DNA of 64,000 nucleotides from Candidatus Bathyarchaeia archaeon (GTDB taxonomy: Archaea > Thermoproteota > Bathyarchaeia > Bathyarchaeales > Bathycorpusculaceae), in the NCBI GenBank assembly GCA_050010755.1, contig JBEKKK010000001.1, positions 1,312,001 to 1,376,000 on the forward strand, written 5' to 3'. Each line of letters begins with the position of its first letter. Within the stretch, counting starts at the first letter, position 1. The notes beneath the pieces are model-generated. The model saw only the letters and a program-made list of their open reading frames with translations. It made no database searches and was not told the origin of the DNA. The position numbers and the translations under genes were made by a program. Of the stretch, positions 19,786 through 29,869 are shown one piece after another.

Positions 19786-21483
19786 ATGCCGACGATAGAC
19801 ATAGACTATGCCGAGTTCGAAAGGCTGCTCGGAAAAATGCTGCACAAAGACTTGGATGAGATCAACGATGCGCTTGCATTTGTCAAGGGAGAGGCGAACC
19901 TGTTCGATGAGAAAGAAGGAACTATGAGCGTTGAGATAAAGGATACAAATCGTCCGGACATCTGGAACATCGAGGGCCTAGTCAGAGCTCTGCGAGGGTT
20001 TCTGGGCATCGAAGAGGGTTTGAAGCGATATTCAGTTGGCAAGCAGTCAGCCGAGGTTCACGTTGATCAGGGACTGGAAAACATACGTCCCTACATCGGC
20101 TGCTCCATAGTCAAGAATCTGAAACTGAATGACACCATAATCCGCGGCTTCATGCACATGCAGGACAAGCTCGATCAGACTTACGGAAGGAACAGGCGGC
20201 GAACTTCAATCGGGCTTTACAACTTGGATTTAATTAAACTGCCGTTGCAGTATACGGTCGCAAAGCCGAATGAAATCAGCTTCGCGCCGCTGGGCTTCAC
20301 GGAAAAGATGAGCCTGAAAGAAATGCTTGCGCATCATCCGAAAGGCCTAGAGTACGGCCACATCGTCAGCAAACACGAGGTCTACCCCCTCCTCTTGGAC
20401 GCGGAGAACAAGCCTCTCTCCTTCCCTCCGATAATCAACTCTAACGACCTTGGAAGAATCACCGAAGATACAAAAAACGTTCTCGTCGAAGTTACAGGAA
20501 CAATGGAAGAGACAACGCTCAACACTCTGAAAATCGTCACCCTCTCCTTGATAGACCGTGGCGGCAAAGCTTACGCAGCCAAAATCCACTATCCGCACAG
20601 AAACTTGGACGTTCTGACACCAAGCTTCGAAACCGGCCAAATGGACTTGAACGTTGATTACGCCAACACTGTCTTGGGCTTGAAGCTGAAGGCCAAGCAG
20701 ATTGCACAGATGCTGCGCAAGGCAGGCCACGGCGCTGAAGAAACTGAGGGGAATAGTGTGCACGTGGAGATTCCGTGTTACAGAGTCGACGTGATGCATC
20801 CTGTAGATCTCGTCGAAGACGTTGCCATAGCCTACGATTACAACAACATCAAGCCGCTGTGGCGCGAAATGCCCACGACCGGAGGGGTGAGGCCTGAACA
20901 GAGATTGATTGGCGTGGCGAGAGAGTTGATGATTGGACTGGGGTTTCAGGAAGTCCTCACGTTCACACTTACGAACCCTGACACCCTCTTCAAGAAAATG
21001 AACCTCAAGAAAGAGAAGATAATTGAAATCTCCAACCCCAAAGTCAACACATTGACATGCCTGAGAAGCTGGTTGCTGCCCAACCTCATCGAATTTGTGA
21101 GCAACAACCTGCACGTTGAATGCCCGCAGAAAATATTCGAACTCGGCAAAGTCACCCTCCTCGATGAGAAGAGAGAAACTAGAAGCAGGGACGAAGACAG
21201 AGTTGCCGCAATCATCTACGACGCAAACGCCAGCTTCACAGAAGCCAAATCAACAGTCGAAGCTTTCATGGCGAACCTAGGGCTCAAATGGCAAATAAAA
21301 GAAACGGAACATCCCAGCTTCATAAGCGGCAGAGCAGGCGAGATAATCGTCGAAGGAACGGAAGTTGGAGTCTTGGGCGAAATCAACCCGAAAGTCCTCG
21401 AAGCATGGAAACTGGAAAACCCCACGGCAGCCTTCGAACTGGACGTTGAAAAGATAATCAAAATCAAACAAAAAAACAAGTGA
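19786..21483 (+). CDS. pheT: Phenylalanyl-tRNA synthetase beta subunit
   Basis: NRPD, SFPPIINS, PCYRVDVMHPVDLVEDVAIAY. Confidence 0.97.
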   Translation: MPTIDIDYAEFERLLGKMLHKDLDEINDALAFVKGEANLFDEKEGTMSVEIKDTNRPDIWNIEGLVRALRGFLGIEEGLKRYSVGKQSAEVHVDQGLENIRPYIGCSIVKNLKLNDTIIRGFMHMQDKLDQTYGRNRRRTSIGLYNLDLIKLPLQYTVAKPNEISFAPLGFTEKMSLKEMLAHHPKGLEYGHIVSKHEVYPLLLDAENKPLSFPPIINSNDLGRITEDTKNVLVEVTGTMEETTLNTLKIVTLSLIDRGGKAYAAKIHYPHRNLDVLTPSFETGQMDLNVDYANTVLGLKLKAKQIAQMLRKAGHGAEETEGNSVHVEIPCYRVDVMHPVDLVEDVAIAYDYNNIKPLWREMPTTGGVRPEQRLIGVARELMIGLGFQEVLTFTLTNPDTLFKKMNLKKEKIIEISNPKVNTLTCLRSWLLPNLIEFVSNNLHVECPQKIFELGKVTLLDEKRETRSRDEDRVAAIIYDANASFTEAKSTVEAFMANLGLKWQIKETEHPSFISGRAGEIIVEGTEVGVLGEINPKVLEAWKLENPTAAFELDVEKIIKIKQKNK

Positions 21484-21609
21484 AATCGCCGCAGCCAATC
21501 GAACATATTCCGTATGGGCTATGACATCATCGAAACGGCTACTCATCTATGAGTTTTGCAGGGCTCGACATTCAACATGTTTGGACAAGTGGAGTGGGAG
21601 ACAGCAACC

Positions 21610-21839
21610 CTTAACTTTTCAGCCGCTCCTTCTCTTCTGGCGATGACAGGAATTTGAGCCCTAGATAATCCCGCTGGCATATCCACGCAGACGGACTCAA
21701 CGGAAGAAGCAAGCTTCGCTTGCCGGTTCTTGTGATGGCGAGTTTACCCAAACGTGGGACACGGCGGGCGCGGGCCTAAAAAGCCTACGACGGAGAGAGC
21801 TTAACCTAGAGGAGCGTACCGCCCCACAGTGAAGTTAAG
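21610..21839 (+). ncRNA. Candidate structured ncRNA (nested long hairpin with kink-turn-like motif)
   Basis: About 7 nested helices read by eye; G-U pairs favour the + strand; no ORF. Confidence 0.5.
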
Positions 21840-21937
21840 TGTTTGGTTACGTAGGGAACAAGATGGCCCGCGAAAACAACTCTTAAGTTTGTCATGTGTA
21901 TACAGATAGGTAAAACCCGAAGCAGGCAGAGCAAAAT

Positions 21938-23026
21938 TTGGACTTAGAAACGAAAATCGAGCTTGTGTGCAGACCGCCGACGGAAGAAGTCATAACTCCT
22001 GAAGACTTGCGGAAACTCTTGGAGGTTGAGGAGCATCCGATAGCCTACAACGGCTGGGAACCGTCCGGTCTGGTTCACCTTGGAACAGGCGTCGTCTGCG
22101 CCTACAAGATGAAAGACTTCCTAGATGCTGGAATACGGTACAAGGCCTATCTTTCAACGTGGCATGCTTGGCTAAACAACAAGATGGGCGGCGACCTAAA
22201 ACTCATAAGAAAAGCCGCGGATCTCTTCAGACACTCATGGATAGCCCTGGGCGTTCCAGAAGACAAGGTCGAATTCATCTACTCGGACGAGCTTTACGAC
22301 GATTTGAAATACTGGGAAAAAACGGTGATGGTGTCGAAAAACCTCTCAATAGCGAGGGTGACACGCACGCTCGAGGTTGCAGGAAGACAGGAGTCTGAGG
22401 CCAAACACGTTTCGGACTACCTGTACACGCCCATGCAAGTAGCCGACATATTCCACATGGAAGTAAAAATTTGTCAACTAGGCATGGATCAACGCAAAGC
22501 AAACGTCGTGGCCAGAGAACTTGGCGAAAGGCTCGGGTTCTGGAAACCCGTGTGCGTGCACCACAGCTACCTCCAAGGCCTAGCGAAGCCGCCCATTTGG
22601 CCTATTCCGAAAGAGAAAGAAAGGGAAATACTCTCATCGATAAAAATGTCGAAGAGCAAGCCTGAAACCTGCATATTCATATACGACTCGCCCGAAGAAA
22701 TCAAACAGAAAATTTCACACGCCTTCTGCCCAGAAAAAACCGTGGAGTACAATCCAATCTTGGAGATATGCAAGTTCATAATATTCAGAGAAAACAAGGC
22801 CTTCACCATACAAAGACCGCCCAAATTTGGAGGGCCAATAGCTTTCGAAAACCTCAAGGAGCTCCAAAATGCGTACGCGGAAGGTAAACTTCATCCGCAG
22901 GACCTCAAGAACGCTGTGGCAGAAGAGCTCGCACGGATGCTTGAACCCGTGAGAAGATACTTCGAAAACAACAAAGAAGCAAGAGAATGCCTCAACGCGG
23001 TTAGCAACTCCAAAGTGACAAGGTGA
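21938..23026 (+). CDS. tyrS: Tyrosyl-tRNA synthetase
   Basis: AYNGWEPSGLVHLG, YTPMQVADI, GMDQRK, KMSKS, LHPQDLK. Confidence 0.97.
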   Translation: MDLETKIELVCRPPTEEVITPEDLRKLLEVEEHPIAYNGWEPSGLVHLGTGVVCAYKMKDFLDAGIRYKAYLSTWHAWLNNKMGGDLKLIRKAADLFRHSWIALGVPEDKVEFIYSDELYDDLKYWEKTVMVSKNLSIARVTRTLEVAGRQESEAKHVSDYLYTPMQVADIFHMEVKICQLGMDQRKANVVARELGERLGFWKPVCVHHSYLQGLAKPPIWPIPKEKEREILSSIKMSKSKPETCIFIYDSPEEIKQKISHAFCPEKTVEYNPILEICKFIIFRENKAFTIQRPPKFGGPIAFENLKELQNAYAEGKLHPQDLKNAVAEELARMLEPVRRYFENNKEARECLNAVSNSKVTR

Positions 23027-23448
23027 AAACCTCGTCGACACACCTTAGAGAAAGACAAGAAAACATCCAGCAAACGCTGCAATGTCTAGTTGATGAATCA
23101 GCAAGGGGAACGCCGATAGTTGTTGAAGGCAAGAAAGACCTGGAAACCCTGCGAACGCTGGGCGTTCAGGGACTGATAGTGACCGCCAAGACAGGCGGAA
23201 AATCCCGTTTAGATCTCCTAACAGAAATAGAGAAAATCGGTTACCGAGAAGTCATTCTGCTGTTGGATTTTGACAGGCGAGGGAAAGAATGGACGGCGAT
23301 CCTGAGACAAAACCTGGAAAAGGCAAGGATAAAAGTCAACGTCACATATAGGAAAGCACTCTTGAGGTCAGCAGGCAAGGAACTGAAGGACATCGAAGGC
23401 CTGGCAGCCTACTTGCAGACCTTGAGCAAAAAACTCGGCGAAAGATGA
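23023..23448 (+). CDS. Small TOPRIM domain protein
   Basis: IVVEGKKD, LLDFDRRG. Confidence 0.9.
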   Translation: MKTSSTHLRERQENIQQTLQCLVDESARGTPIVVEGKKDLETLRTLGVQGLIVTAKTGGKSRLDLLTEIEKIGYREVILLLDFDRRGKEWTAILRQNLEKARIKVNVTYRKALLRSAGKELKDIEGLAAYLQTLSKKLGER

Positions 23449-23715
23449 ACCTAGTCCCGTTTCCGCTCACGTGGGAAATTCTCTTTACGCTCAGTCCGGG
23501 GGGATGCACGTCCTCAAGGCTTCGAACCCTGTCAATCTGCCGCGAAAAAGCTTGGTAAAATCTGGATGGGGATAAAAAGCTTAAAGAGGATGATCAATAA
23601 TTCATAAACGTAATATATAGCAGATATTAAGACACAATCTCGTGGTTCGAGGGAGCAATCCTCGGGTCGCGCGATTAACGCTGATCATTAACAAATCATT
23701 CGGAGGTGCCCCAGC

Positions 23716-24876
23716 ATGGGTCCATCCCAGACGTTTACCATAAAGTATGTTGTAAGTGCGAAGTTCGATATTGAAGGAGTAGTTGAAAAACCAGATGTGA
23801 TAGGAGCAGTTTTCGGTCAGACGGAAGGCCTTTTCGGACCCGAGCTTGACCTGCGAGAACTGCAAAAATCCGGCAGAATCGGTAGAATAGAAATCGATTT
23901 ACACTCAAAAAACGACAAGACGACTGGCACGATAACGATTCCGACAAGCCTGGACAGGGTTTCCACGGCATTGATTGCTGCGAGCATAGAGAGCATAAAC
24001 AGGGTCGGCCCGTGCGCTTCAAAGGTGACTCTTGAAAAGGTCGAAGATGTCAGGGAGGCCAGAAGAAAGGTAATAATTGACAGGGCCAAGGACATCCTTC
24101 ACAAGTGGACGATTGAATCGATGCCTTCCGTGGACGAGGTGTTCAAAGAAGTTTCTGAGACGCTTAAGACGGGGAAAGTTGGAAAATACGGTTCAGAAGA
24201 GCTGCCGATTGGACCTGAACTTGAAACGGCAAAAGAAATAATCGTTGTTGAAGGAAGAGCGGACATAATTAACCTCATGCGCTGCGGCCTGATGAACACT
24301 GTGGCTCTGGAGGGCGCGAAGGTTCCGGAGGCGGTGAAGACGCTGTGCAAGGAGAGGGAAGCAACGGCCCTTCTCGACGGAGACAGAGGCGGAGACTTAA
24401 TCTTCAAAGAACTCTTGCAGGTGACCGACATAAAGTACATTGCAAGAGCACCGAGAGGAAAAGAAGTTGAGGAGCTGAACTGCAAGGAAATATTCGAAGC
24501 TCTCGACGCCAAAATTGCCATTCAAGAGCCAGTGAAGCCGGAACCGCCAAAGCTGGTCAGACGGGAAAAGGTGAAAGTGGAAGTTCCGAAGGAAATCGTT
24601 GAGACGATGAACTCGCTGGAAGGAACTTTGGAGGCCGTGCTGTTGAACGAGAAATCGGAGCAGACGGAGCGAATGCCGGTCAGCCAGCTTGCCGAAAAGC
24701 TTCAACAGGTCGAAGGAGTGGACACGATAGTTTTCGACGGCATAATAACCCAGAGAATAGTTGACGTGGCAAGCGAGAAAAACATAAAAAGAATCATAGC
24801 TTCACGCGTGTCTGACGCTGTTAAGCCTTCATTAACCGTTCAACTTCTAACGTTTGGAGAAGTCGCTGAGGGCTAA
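23716..24876 (+). CDS. dnaG: Archaeal DnaG (exosome-associated/primase)
   Basis: DVIGAVFGQTEGL, ELQKSGRIGRI, VVEGRAD, DGDRGG. Confidence 0.97.
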   Translation: MGPSQTFTIKYVVSAKFDIEGVVEKPDVIGAVFGQTEGLFGPELDLRELQKSGRIGRIEIDLHSKNDKTTGTITIPTSLDRVSTALIAASIESINRVGPCASKVTLEKVEDVREARRKVIIDRAKDILHKWTIESMPSVDEVFKEVSETLKTGKVGKYGSEELPIGPELETAKEIIVVEGRADIINLMRCGLMNTVALEGAKVPEAVKTLCKEREATALLDGDRGGDLIFKELLQVTDIKYIARAPRGKEVEELNCKEIFEALDAKIAIQEPVKPEPPKLVRREKVKVEVPKEIVETMNSLEGTLEAVLLNEKSEQTERMPVSQLAEKLQQVEGVDTIVFDGIITQRIVDVASEKNIKRIIASRVSDAVKPSLTVQLLTFGEVAEG

Positions 24877-27257
24877 CCGCCGAAGAAGTCGGTTAGCTTT
24901 CTAGTTTCTTTTCCGCTGGTCTTCGACTTCAAGAGTTGTTCTTCAGTCACGTCGAAAGACTCGAGAATTCTCGCCGCTGCGGGCACAACCTGTTTGGAAA
25001 CGTAGTATTCCATGTCAACATCGTCGATGGATGCAAGGTTGTAGGGCTTAACCCTCTCGTACAGGCGGCCCTTGCCGCCGATCACCACGTAGCCTATCTT
25101 ATCGCCTACTCCTAGTTCCCAGCCCTTTGCCCTAAGCATCTTTGCGGCTTCAACGTGAGAAGCTCTGACCTCGTACTCTTCGGCAGGCTTGGTCAAAGTT
25201 TTCCAGATGACGAGATCGCGGTATGGCACACGCTTCTGCTGAAGCTCGTAGATGAACTGCTGCACAAAATCCACAGCCTTCTTGGGCGAATCATCCTTCA
25301 AAACGATTTCCAAGACTTTCTCCTGAACGGTTTTGGCTATGCCCGCCCAGTCTCCCCTGACAACCTCCATGCCCACTATGTCCAGTTTGCCATCTGGCAG
25401 AAGCCCGGCATAGCGTTTCTTGGCTTCCGTGAAGAATATTCTCGTGTAGATTTTGTCTGGCTTTATCTCCAGTCCCAGTTTTTTCCCAACGTCCCTTGTG
25501 AGTTTTTCGATTCGGGTAGGATCGTTCTCGATGAATATGCTGTCCGTGTCGCCGTACACCACTTTCAAGTCGTCCTTCTCGGCCATTTGAATCGCCGTGA
25601 GTATCGTGTGTCTTCCCCAGGCAGCCGCCGCCTCGGCCACCGGCTTCATGTACCACCGCGCACCCGTCCATCCAGCGTAACCGTAAGAGGCGTTGGCAAT
25701 CACTTTCACGGCTTTCTGCCTGGCGTCCAAGACGCGGTGCTCGACGCTGTCCGGCTTAAGCTTCTTCATTTCCGTTCGAACTTCGTCGCGGACGCGGATG
25801 AGATAGGAAAGCACCTCCTTGTAGAAGCCAGGAGGCTCTTTGCGAAACTTGTGATCCACCTCGGGGGCTGTGTACACTCCGCCCGGCGGTTCCGGCTCCT
25901 TGGGCGGCACGTATGTGTCCGGAGACAGGTTGTAGGCGATCATGATGTTCGGGTACATGGACTTGAAGTCTAAGACGGCGATGTTTTCGTGCAGTCCAGG
26001 CTTGGGTTTGAGGACGAGGCCGCCTGCGTACGGCCTGTAGGGTTGCTCAACCCTTCTGGGAATGAGTTCGCCGAGCTTGTGAGTATGTTTTATGAGAAAC
26101 CACTCGACTCGGAAGCCCGCCGCTGCTGTGCCGACGTGATCCAGGGGAAGGCTCACGAGGCTGGAGAGCTGCATGGCGAAATCCAAGATTGCCTCAGTTA
26201 TCTCCATGATGCAGCGAGTGTTGTCCATGGAAAACTGTTTCAGGCTCTCGCGCTTAGCTTCGACGTTCCAGTAATCTGCAAAGTCAATGTCTTCCACCAC
26301 AGTGCGGTCTTCAATCTTCATTATGCCCAAGTAGTCGGCGAGGTTAGCGAGAGTTTTGACTTTGACCTCGGGAAACTCATCCGCGTAATCGGCCAGATCC
26401 AGGTTTATTCTGCCGTTGAGTGACACGTGGCCGTAGACGCTTCTGTGCGGTTCTGTTTTGGCCCGGTCTATGCGCAGACGCAAACCCAGTTTTTTGCACC
26501 TCGCGTTGAGGTATTGCCAGTCCTGTCCGTTTATGCCATAGCCTACGATGACGTCGGGGTCGATGCTTTGCACATAATTGATGAACATCTCCAGGACAGG
26601 TTTGTCGTTCCTGTCTTCGCCTGCCAAGAACTGTTTCTGTTCGTGAAGGTTCGAACCGGTTGAAATCATGATCACGGGGTTTCTATCGGGTTTAGGGGAA
26701 CCCTCCTCGCTGTAGCATATTGTTGAAAAACCCAGAACTCGCAACTGCGGAGCCTCCATTTTCTCGATGACATTTGGGAACGATTTTGCCAGGTAGACCT
26801 TTTCCACTTGGACGCGCAGCTTGTTTTCTTCCTCCGAGGCTTCTATTTCGTGCCACCCGCACGGGACAACGTTGTTGTCGATGAGATACCGCATGGCAAC
26901 GCGAATGTCGTCTTCGAAGCAATCTTTGACGCCTTCGAGCTCTCGAAGTTGCCTTGCACATGTTGTCAGTTCCTCTCCGGTTTTGCAGGAGACCTTCACG
27001 GCCTTAACCGGCTTCCCGAAAAACCTGCGCTCAACAGCCTCGGGGTTGGCGGCCAGAACGCAAGGGCTCACGGTTATGCTTTCGACAACCTTCGCGGGGT
27101 CAGCATCATCCGCAACCACTGCGTAAAAGTAGGGTACGAAGCTCCTGTCGATGATGAGCACCCTCTTGCCGTCGTTGGTTATGCCCCACAGCCAGATTTC
27201 TGAGGATTCGTCTTTGGCTTCGTAGTTGATGTCCAATAGCCAAAAAGTTACCTTCAT
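24873..27257 (-). CDS. polB: Family B DNA polymerase (PolB3-like) with degenerate 3'-5' exonuclease motifs
   Basis: DFKSMYP, KVIANASYGY, YGDTDS, KKRYA, PIP-like KLTDFF. Confidence 0.95.
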   Translation of the reverse strand: MKVTFWLLDINYEAKDESSEIWLWGITNDGKRVLIIDRSFVPYFYAVVADDADPAKVVESITVSPCVLAANPEAVERRFFGKPVKAVKVSCKTGEELTTCARQLRELEGVKDCFEDDIRVAMRYLIDNNVVPCGWHEIEASEEENKLRVQVEKVYLAKSFPNVIEKMEAPQLRVLGFSTICYSEEGSPKPDRNPVIMISTGSNLHEQKQFLAGEDRNDKPVLEMFINYVQSIDPDVIVGYGINGQDWQYLNARCKKLGLRLRIDRAKTEPHRSVYGHVSLNGRINLDLADYADEFPEVKVKTLANLADYLGIMKIEDRTVVEDIDFADYWNVEAKRESLKQFSMDNTRCIMEITEAILDFAMQLSSLVSLPLDHVGTAAAGFRVEWFLIKHTHKLGELIPRRVEQPYRPYAGGLVLKPKPGLHENIAVLDFKSMYPNIMIAYNLSPDTYVPPKEPEPPGGVYTAPEVDHKFRKEPPGFYKEVLSYLIRVRDEVRTEMKKLKPDSVEHRVLDARQKAVKVIANASYGYAGWTGARWYMKPVAEAAAAWGRHTILTAIQMAEKDDLKVVYGDTDSIFIENDPTRIEKLTRDVGKKLGLEIKPDKIYTRIFFTEAKKRYAGLLPDGKLDIVGMEVVRGDWAGIAKTVQEKVLEIVLKDDSPKKAVDFVQQFIYELQQKRVPYRDLVIWKTLTKPAEEYEVRASHVEAAKMLRAKGWELGVGDKIGYVVIGGKGRLYERVKPYNLASIDDVDMEYYVSKQVVPAAARILESFDVTEEQLLKSKTSGKETRKLTDFFGG

Positions 27258-27558
27258 GATGAGGTCCCCGTTTCAAATAATCGATACTGAACGGAAACAG
27301 CTTTTAAGGCTTGGCGTGCGCTTCAAAATAAAGATCAAGGCTGCAAGGGCGCCCAGACAGCAGAACCCTGCAGCCCTCGGGCCGTTCACTTCAGTGAGGT
27401 GCAATTGGCCCTACGGATGAGGCAAGCAGCATAGTGGATAAAAAGCTTGTCTAAAAGCTGAACAACACAACAACACAAGCATACGCGCGCAAAAAGCCCT
27501 CAAGTGAGCAACAAAATCGTTTCCTACCTGTCAGGATGTGCTTCGTCGGTTTTCTGCG

Positions 27559-29694
27559 TTACTGGTGTTTTTTCAGTAGGTCTACAACGTCGGGGAAGTC
27601 TATGCCCAGTGCTTTTGCTTTTTGTATGGTTGGGACTCCGTTTTTGTTCCATCCGCGTCTTGCGTAGACTGTGTCCTTCAGTTTTTCGTACTCTGCCTCG
27701 CGGTATTTTCGCAGTGCTGCCATTTTCTCTTCTGTGGACTTGCCTTGTGGGTCGTAGCCGATTTTTTCTTTCAGTTGTTTGTCGTAGCGTTCGGCTCGGC
27801 TTTCGTACTCTTCTTTTGTTACGGGTCCGACTGAGCGGTAGGGCAGTGCGTCGTGTTCTCGTGTGCCGAAGCCCATTCTGAGGTTGAAGATGCGTTGGAG
27901 GTTGTACACTTTTTCGCTCATGAAGATTATGTCTTCTGGCGTGATCTTCTTGCCGGTGACGGCTGAATAGAATCGTGCGTAGTTGTCTACGTGGGCCATG
28001 ACTTTGGCGGGTTCTTTTGTGTTCTTGTTGTCGACTGGGACGACGTCGTTCCATGGGAGTTTGCACAGTCCGTTGAGGCCGAACCACGTGCGGAACATGG
28101 GGAACCAGTGTAGGTTTTCGGCCTTCTGTTCAAAGGTGGGCATGAGGTTGTGAACCATGTCTAGGAATATCAGCCACGCCTCGTCGTGTTGTGGGCCTTT
28201 CAGGGCAAGTCCGTAGCCGCCCTGCTGGGCGAGCGACTCTTTCGTGACGTATTCCGAGAACTCTAGCCCCTTTGCTTCCATGCCGATGTCCTGCAGCACT
28301 CGTGGGTCGGCGCCGTATTCGTCTGCGAAGAGTTTCTTCATCTGTCTGATGCCTTTGCCGACTATTGTGCCGAAGCCCTCGCCCCTTGCCATTTGGTGCA
28401 CGAGTTCCAAGGATGCCTCTTTGTTTCCAAAATTCAGCTCCAGGCCGCCGGTCGCTCTCTTGTCTATCAAGCCCATCTCGTAGCATTCCATGGCGAAAGC
28501 CGTTGCCGTGCCGACTGAAATGGTGTCGAGGCCGTACACGTCGCAGTAGAAGTTCATCTCGATGACGTGGTCAGGGTCGTATATTCCGCAGTTGCTGCCC
28601 ACTCCGGCGATTGTTTCGTATTCTGGGCCGCTTACGAAGACTTTTTGTCCCTTGTAGGGCCCCGTCTTGGGCTCGAAGTCTTTGACGCCGTGAGAGCAGG
28701 CCAGTGCACAGCCCATCCAGCAGCCGTCGAAGCCCTTGTGGAATTTTTTCCTGTAGACTTCCTTGCCCAACTCTGCAGCCCTCGAGTCAGTGCCAAACCT
28801 GAAATTGTTCACGGGAAGAAGGTCAAAATCGTTCATTATCGTTACAAGATGTGTAGTTCCGATAGTTGCCATCTCGTTCTGTTTCGCATCGAGGCTTCGA
28901 ATCTCTTGTCCGTGAGCCGTGCCCACCTGCTTGACCATCTCGGCATCTGCTGGCCCGTTGGTCTCCACTGATATCCCGCCTGAGTACTTTACCGCGAGGG
29001 CTTTCACCCTCTTGTCTCGGAACACGGTGCCGATTCCGCCTCTTCCCGCTTGCTTAAACCTGTGAATCTTCCGTCCTGCGTCAAACCATGAGAAGTTCAG
29101 GCAGCCGAAAAACGTGTGTTCAGCTCCAGGCCCTGACGACACTACTGAGATGCATTGTCCGCTGTCCGGCGCGTACTTCTTGGCCAAAAAGTCTGTGATG
29201 AGATGAGCCTCCGAAGGCATTGAAGACGCATCTTCAACTCGGACGAGGCCCTGATCACCGTCAATGAGTATGACCACTTCAGACTTGGCCTTTCCCTGAA
29301 TCTCGATGGCGTCCCAACCTGCAAACTTCAGGTACGGGCCAAAGTAGCCGCCTACGTTTGAGTCTACCACGCTGCCAGTTAGGGGGGAGATTGAAACTGC
29401 GATGCTCTTTCCGCTACCGGGATATACTGGGGTTCCGCCCAGCGGACCGCAGGCGATGCACACCTCGTTCTCGGGATCGTCCCATTTAACTATGCGATCT
29501 TTCGGCAATGCGTTCCACAGGAGCCAAAGGTCGAAGCCTCGGCCGCCCGTGAAGGTTTCTCTCATCTCCTTGCTCACGGGTTTGCCGGCTATGCGCATGT
29601 TAGAAAGATCTATGTACAAGGTTCTGTTGTTGTAGCCTCTCTCAACCTTGCCTAGTTCGTATTTGAATTCGGCAATCGTCAAGTTGACATCCAC
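27559..29694 (-). CDS. aor: Aldehyde:ferredoxin oxidoreductase family (W/Mo-pterin)
   Basis: SPLTG..DSNVGG, AGRGGIG, CWMGCALAC, GPEYET, GLDTIS. Confidence 0.92.
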   Translation of the reverse strand: MDVNLTIAEFKYELGKVERGYNNRTLYIDLSNMRIAGKPVSKEMRETFTGGRGFDLWLLWNALPKDRIVKWDDPENEVCIACGPLGGTPVYPGSGKSIAVSISPLTGSVVDSNVGGYFGPYLKFAGWDAIEIQGKAKSEVVILIDGDQGLVRVEDASSMPSEAHLITDFLAKKYAPDSGQCISVVSSGPGAEHTFFGCLNFSWFDAGRKIHRFKQAGRGGIGTVFRDKRVKALAVKYSGGISVETNGPADAEMVKQVGTAHGQEIRSLDAKQNEMATIGTTHLVTIMNDFDLLPVNNFRFGTDSRAAELGKEVYRKKFHKGFDGCWMGCALACSHGVKDFEPKTGPYKGQKVFVSGPEYETIAGVGSNCGIYDPDHVIEMNFYCDVYGLDTISVGTATAFAMECYEMGLIDKRATGGLELNFGNKEASLELVHQMARGEGFGTIVGKGIRQMKKLFADEYGADPRVLQDIGMEAKGLEFSEYVTKESLAQQGGYGLALKGPQHDEAWLIFLDMVHNLMPTFEQKAENLHWFPMFRTWFGLNGLCKLPWNDVVPVDNKNTKEPAKVMAHVDNYARFYSAVTGKKITPEDIIFMSEKVYNLQRIFNLRMGFGTREHDALPYRSVGPVTKEEYESRAERYDKQLKEKIGYDPQGKSTEEKMAALRKYREAEYEKLKDTVYARRGWNKNGVPTIQKAKALGIDFPDVVDLLKKHQ

Positions 29695-29869
29695 TCCATG
29701 TTAGAACCAGATGCTACTCAGGGCGCACTGATAGGTTTTTCGACAGCTTCGATGAAAACCGAAACATGATAAGCAAGCGATGAACGCTTGAATGCCGAGC
29801 GGTTTGCTGGGAACACGTTTGTCTTGCGGTTAAGAATCTATGGCTTTAATATCAGAGGCGGATTATTGA

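Noticed and set aside
21610-21839. T-box riboswitch or SRP RNA
   Set aside because: GTACCGC resembles a T-box but the UGGN bulge is missing; the SRP helix-8 motif is absent
23515-23531. Complete or permuted tRNA
   Set aside because: Only a T-arm; no matching acceptor, D or anticodon arms
25155-28971. Long antisense or alternate-frame ORFs (e.g. 25155-25973, 27524-28087)
   Set aside because: Shadows of polB and aor with no recognisable motifs
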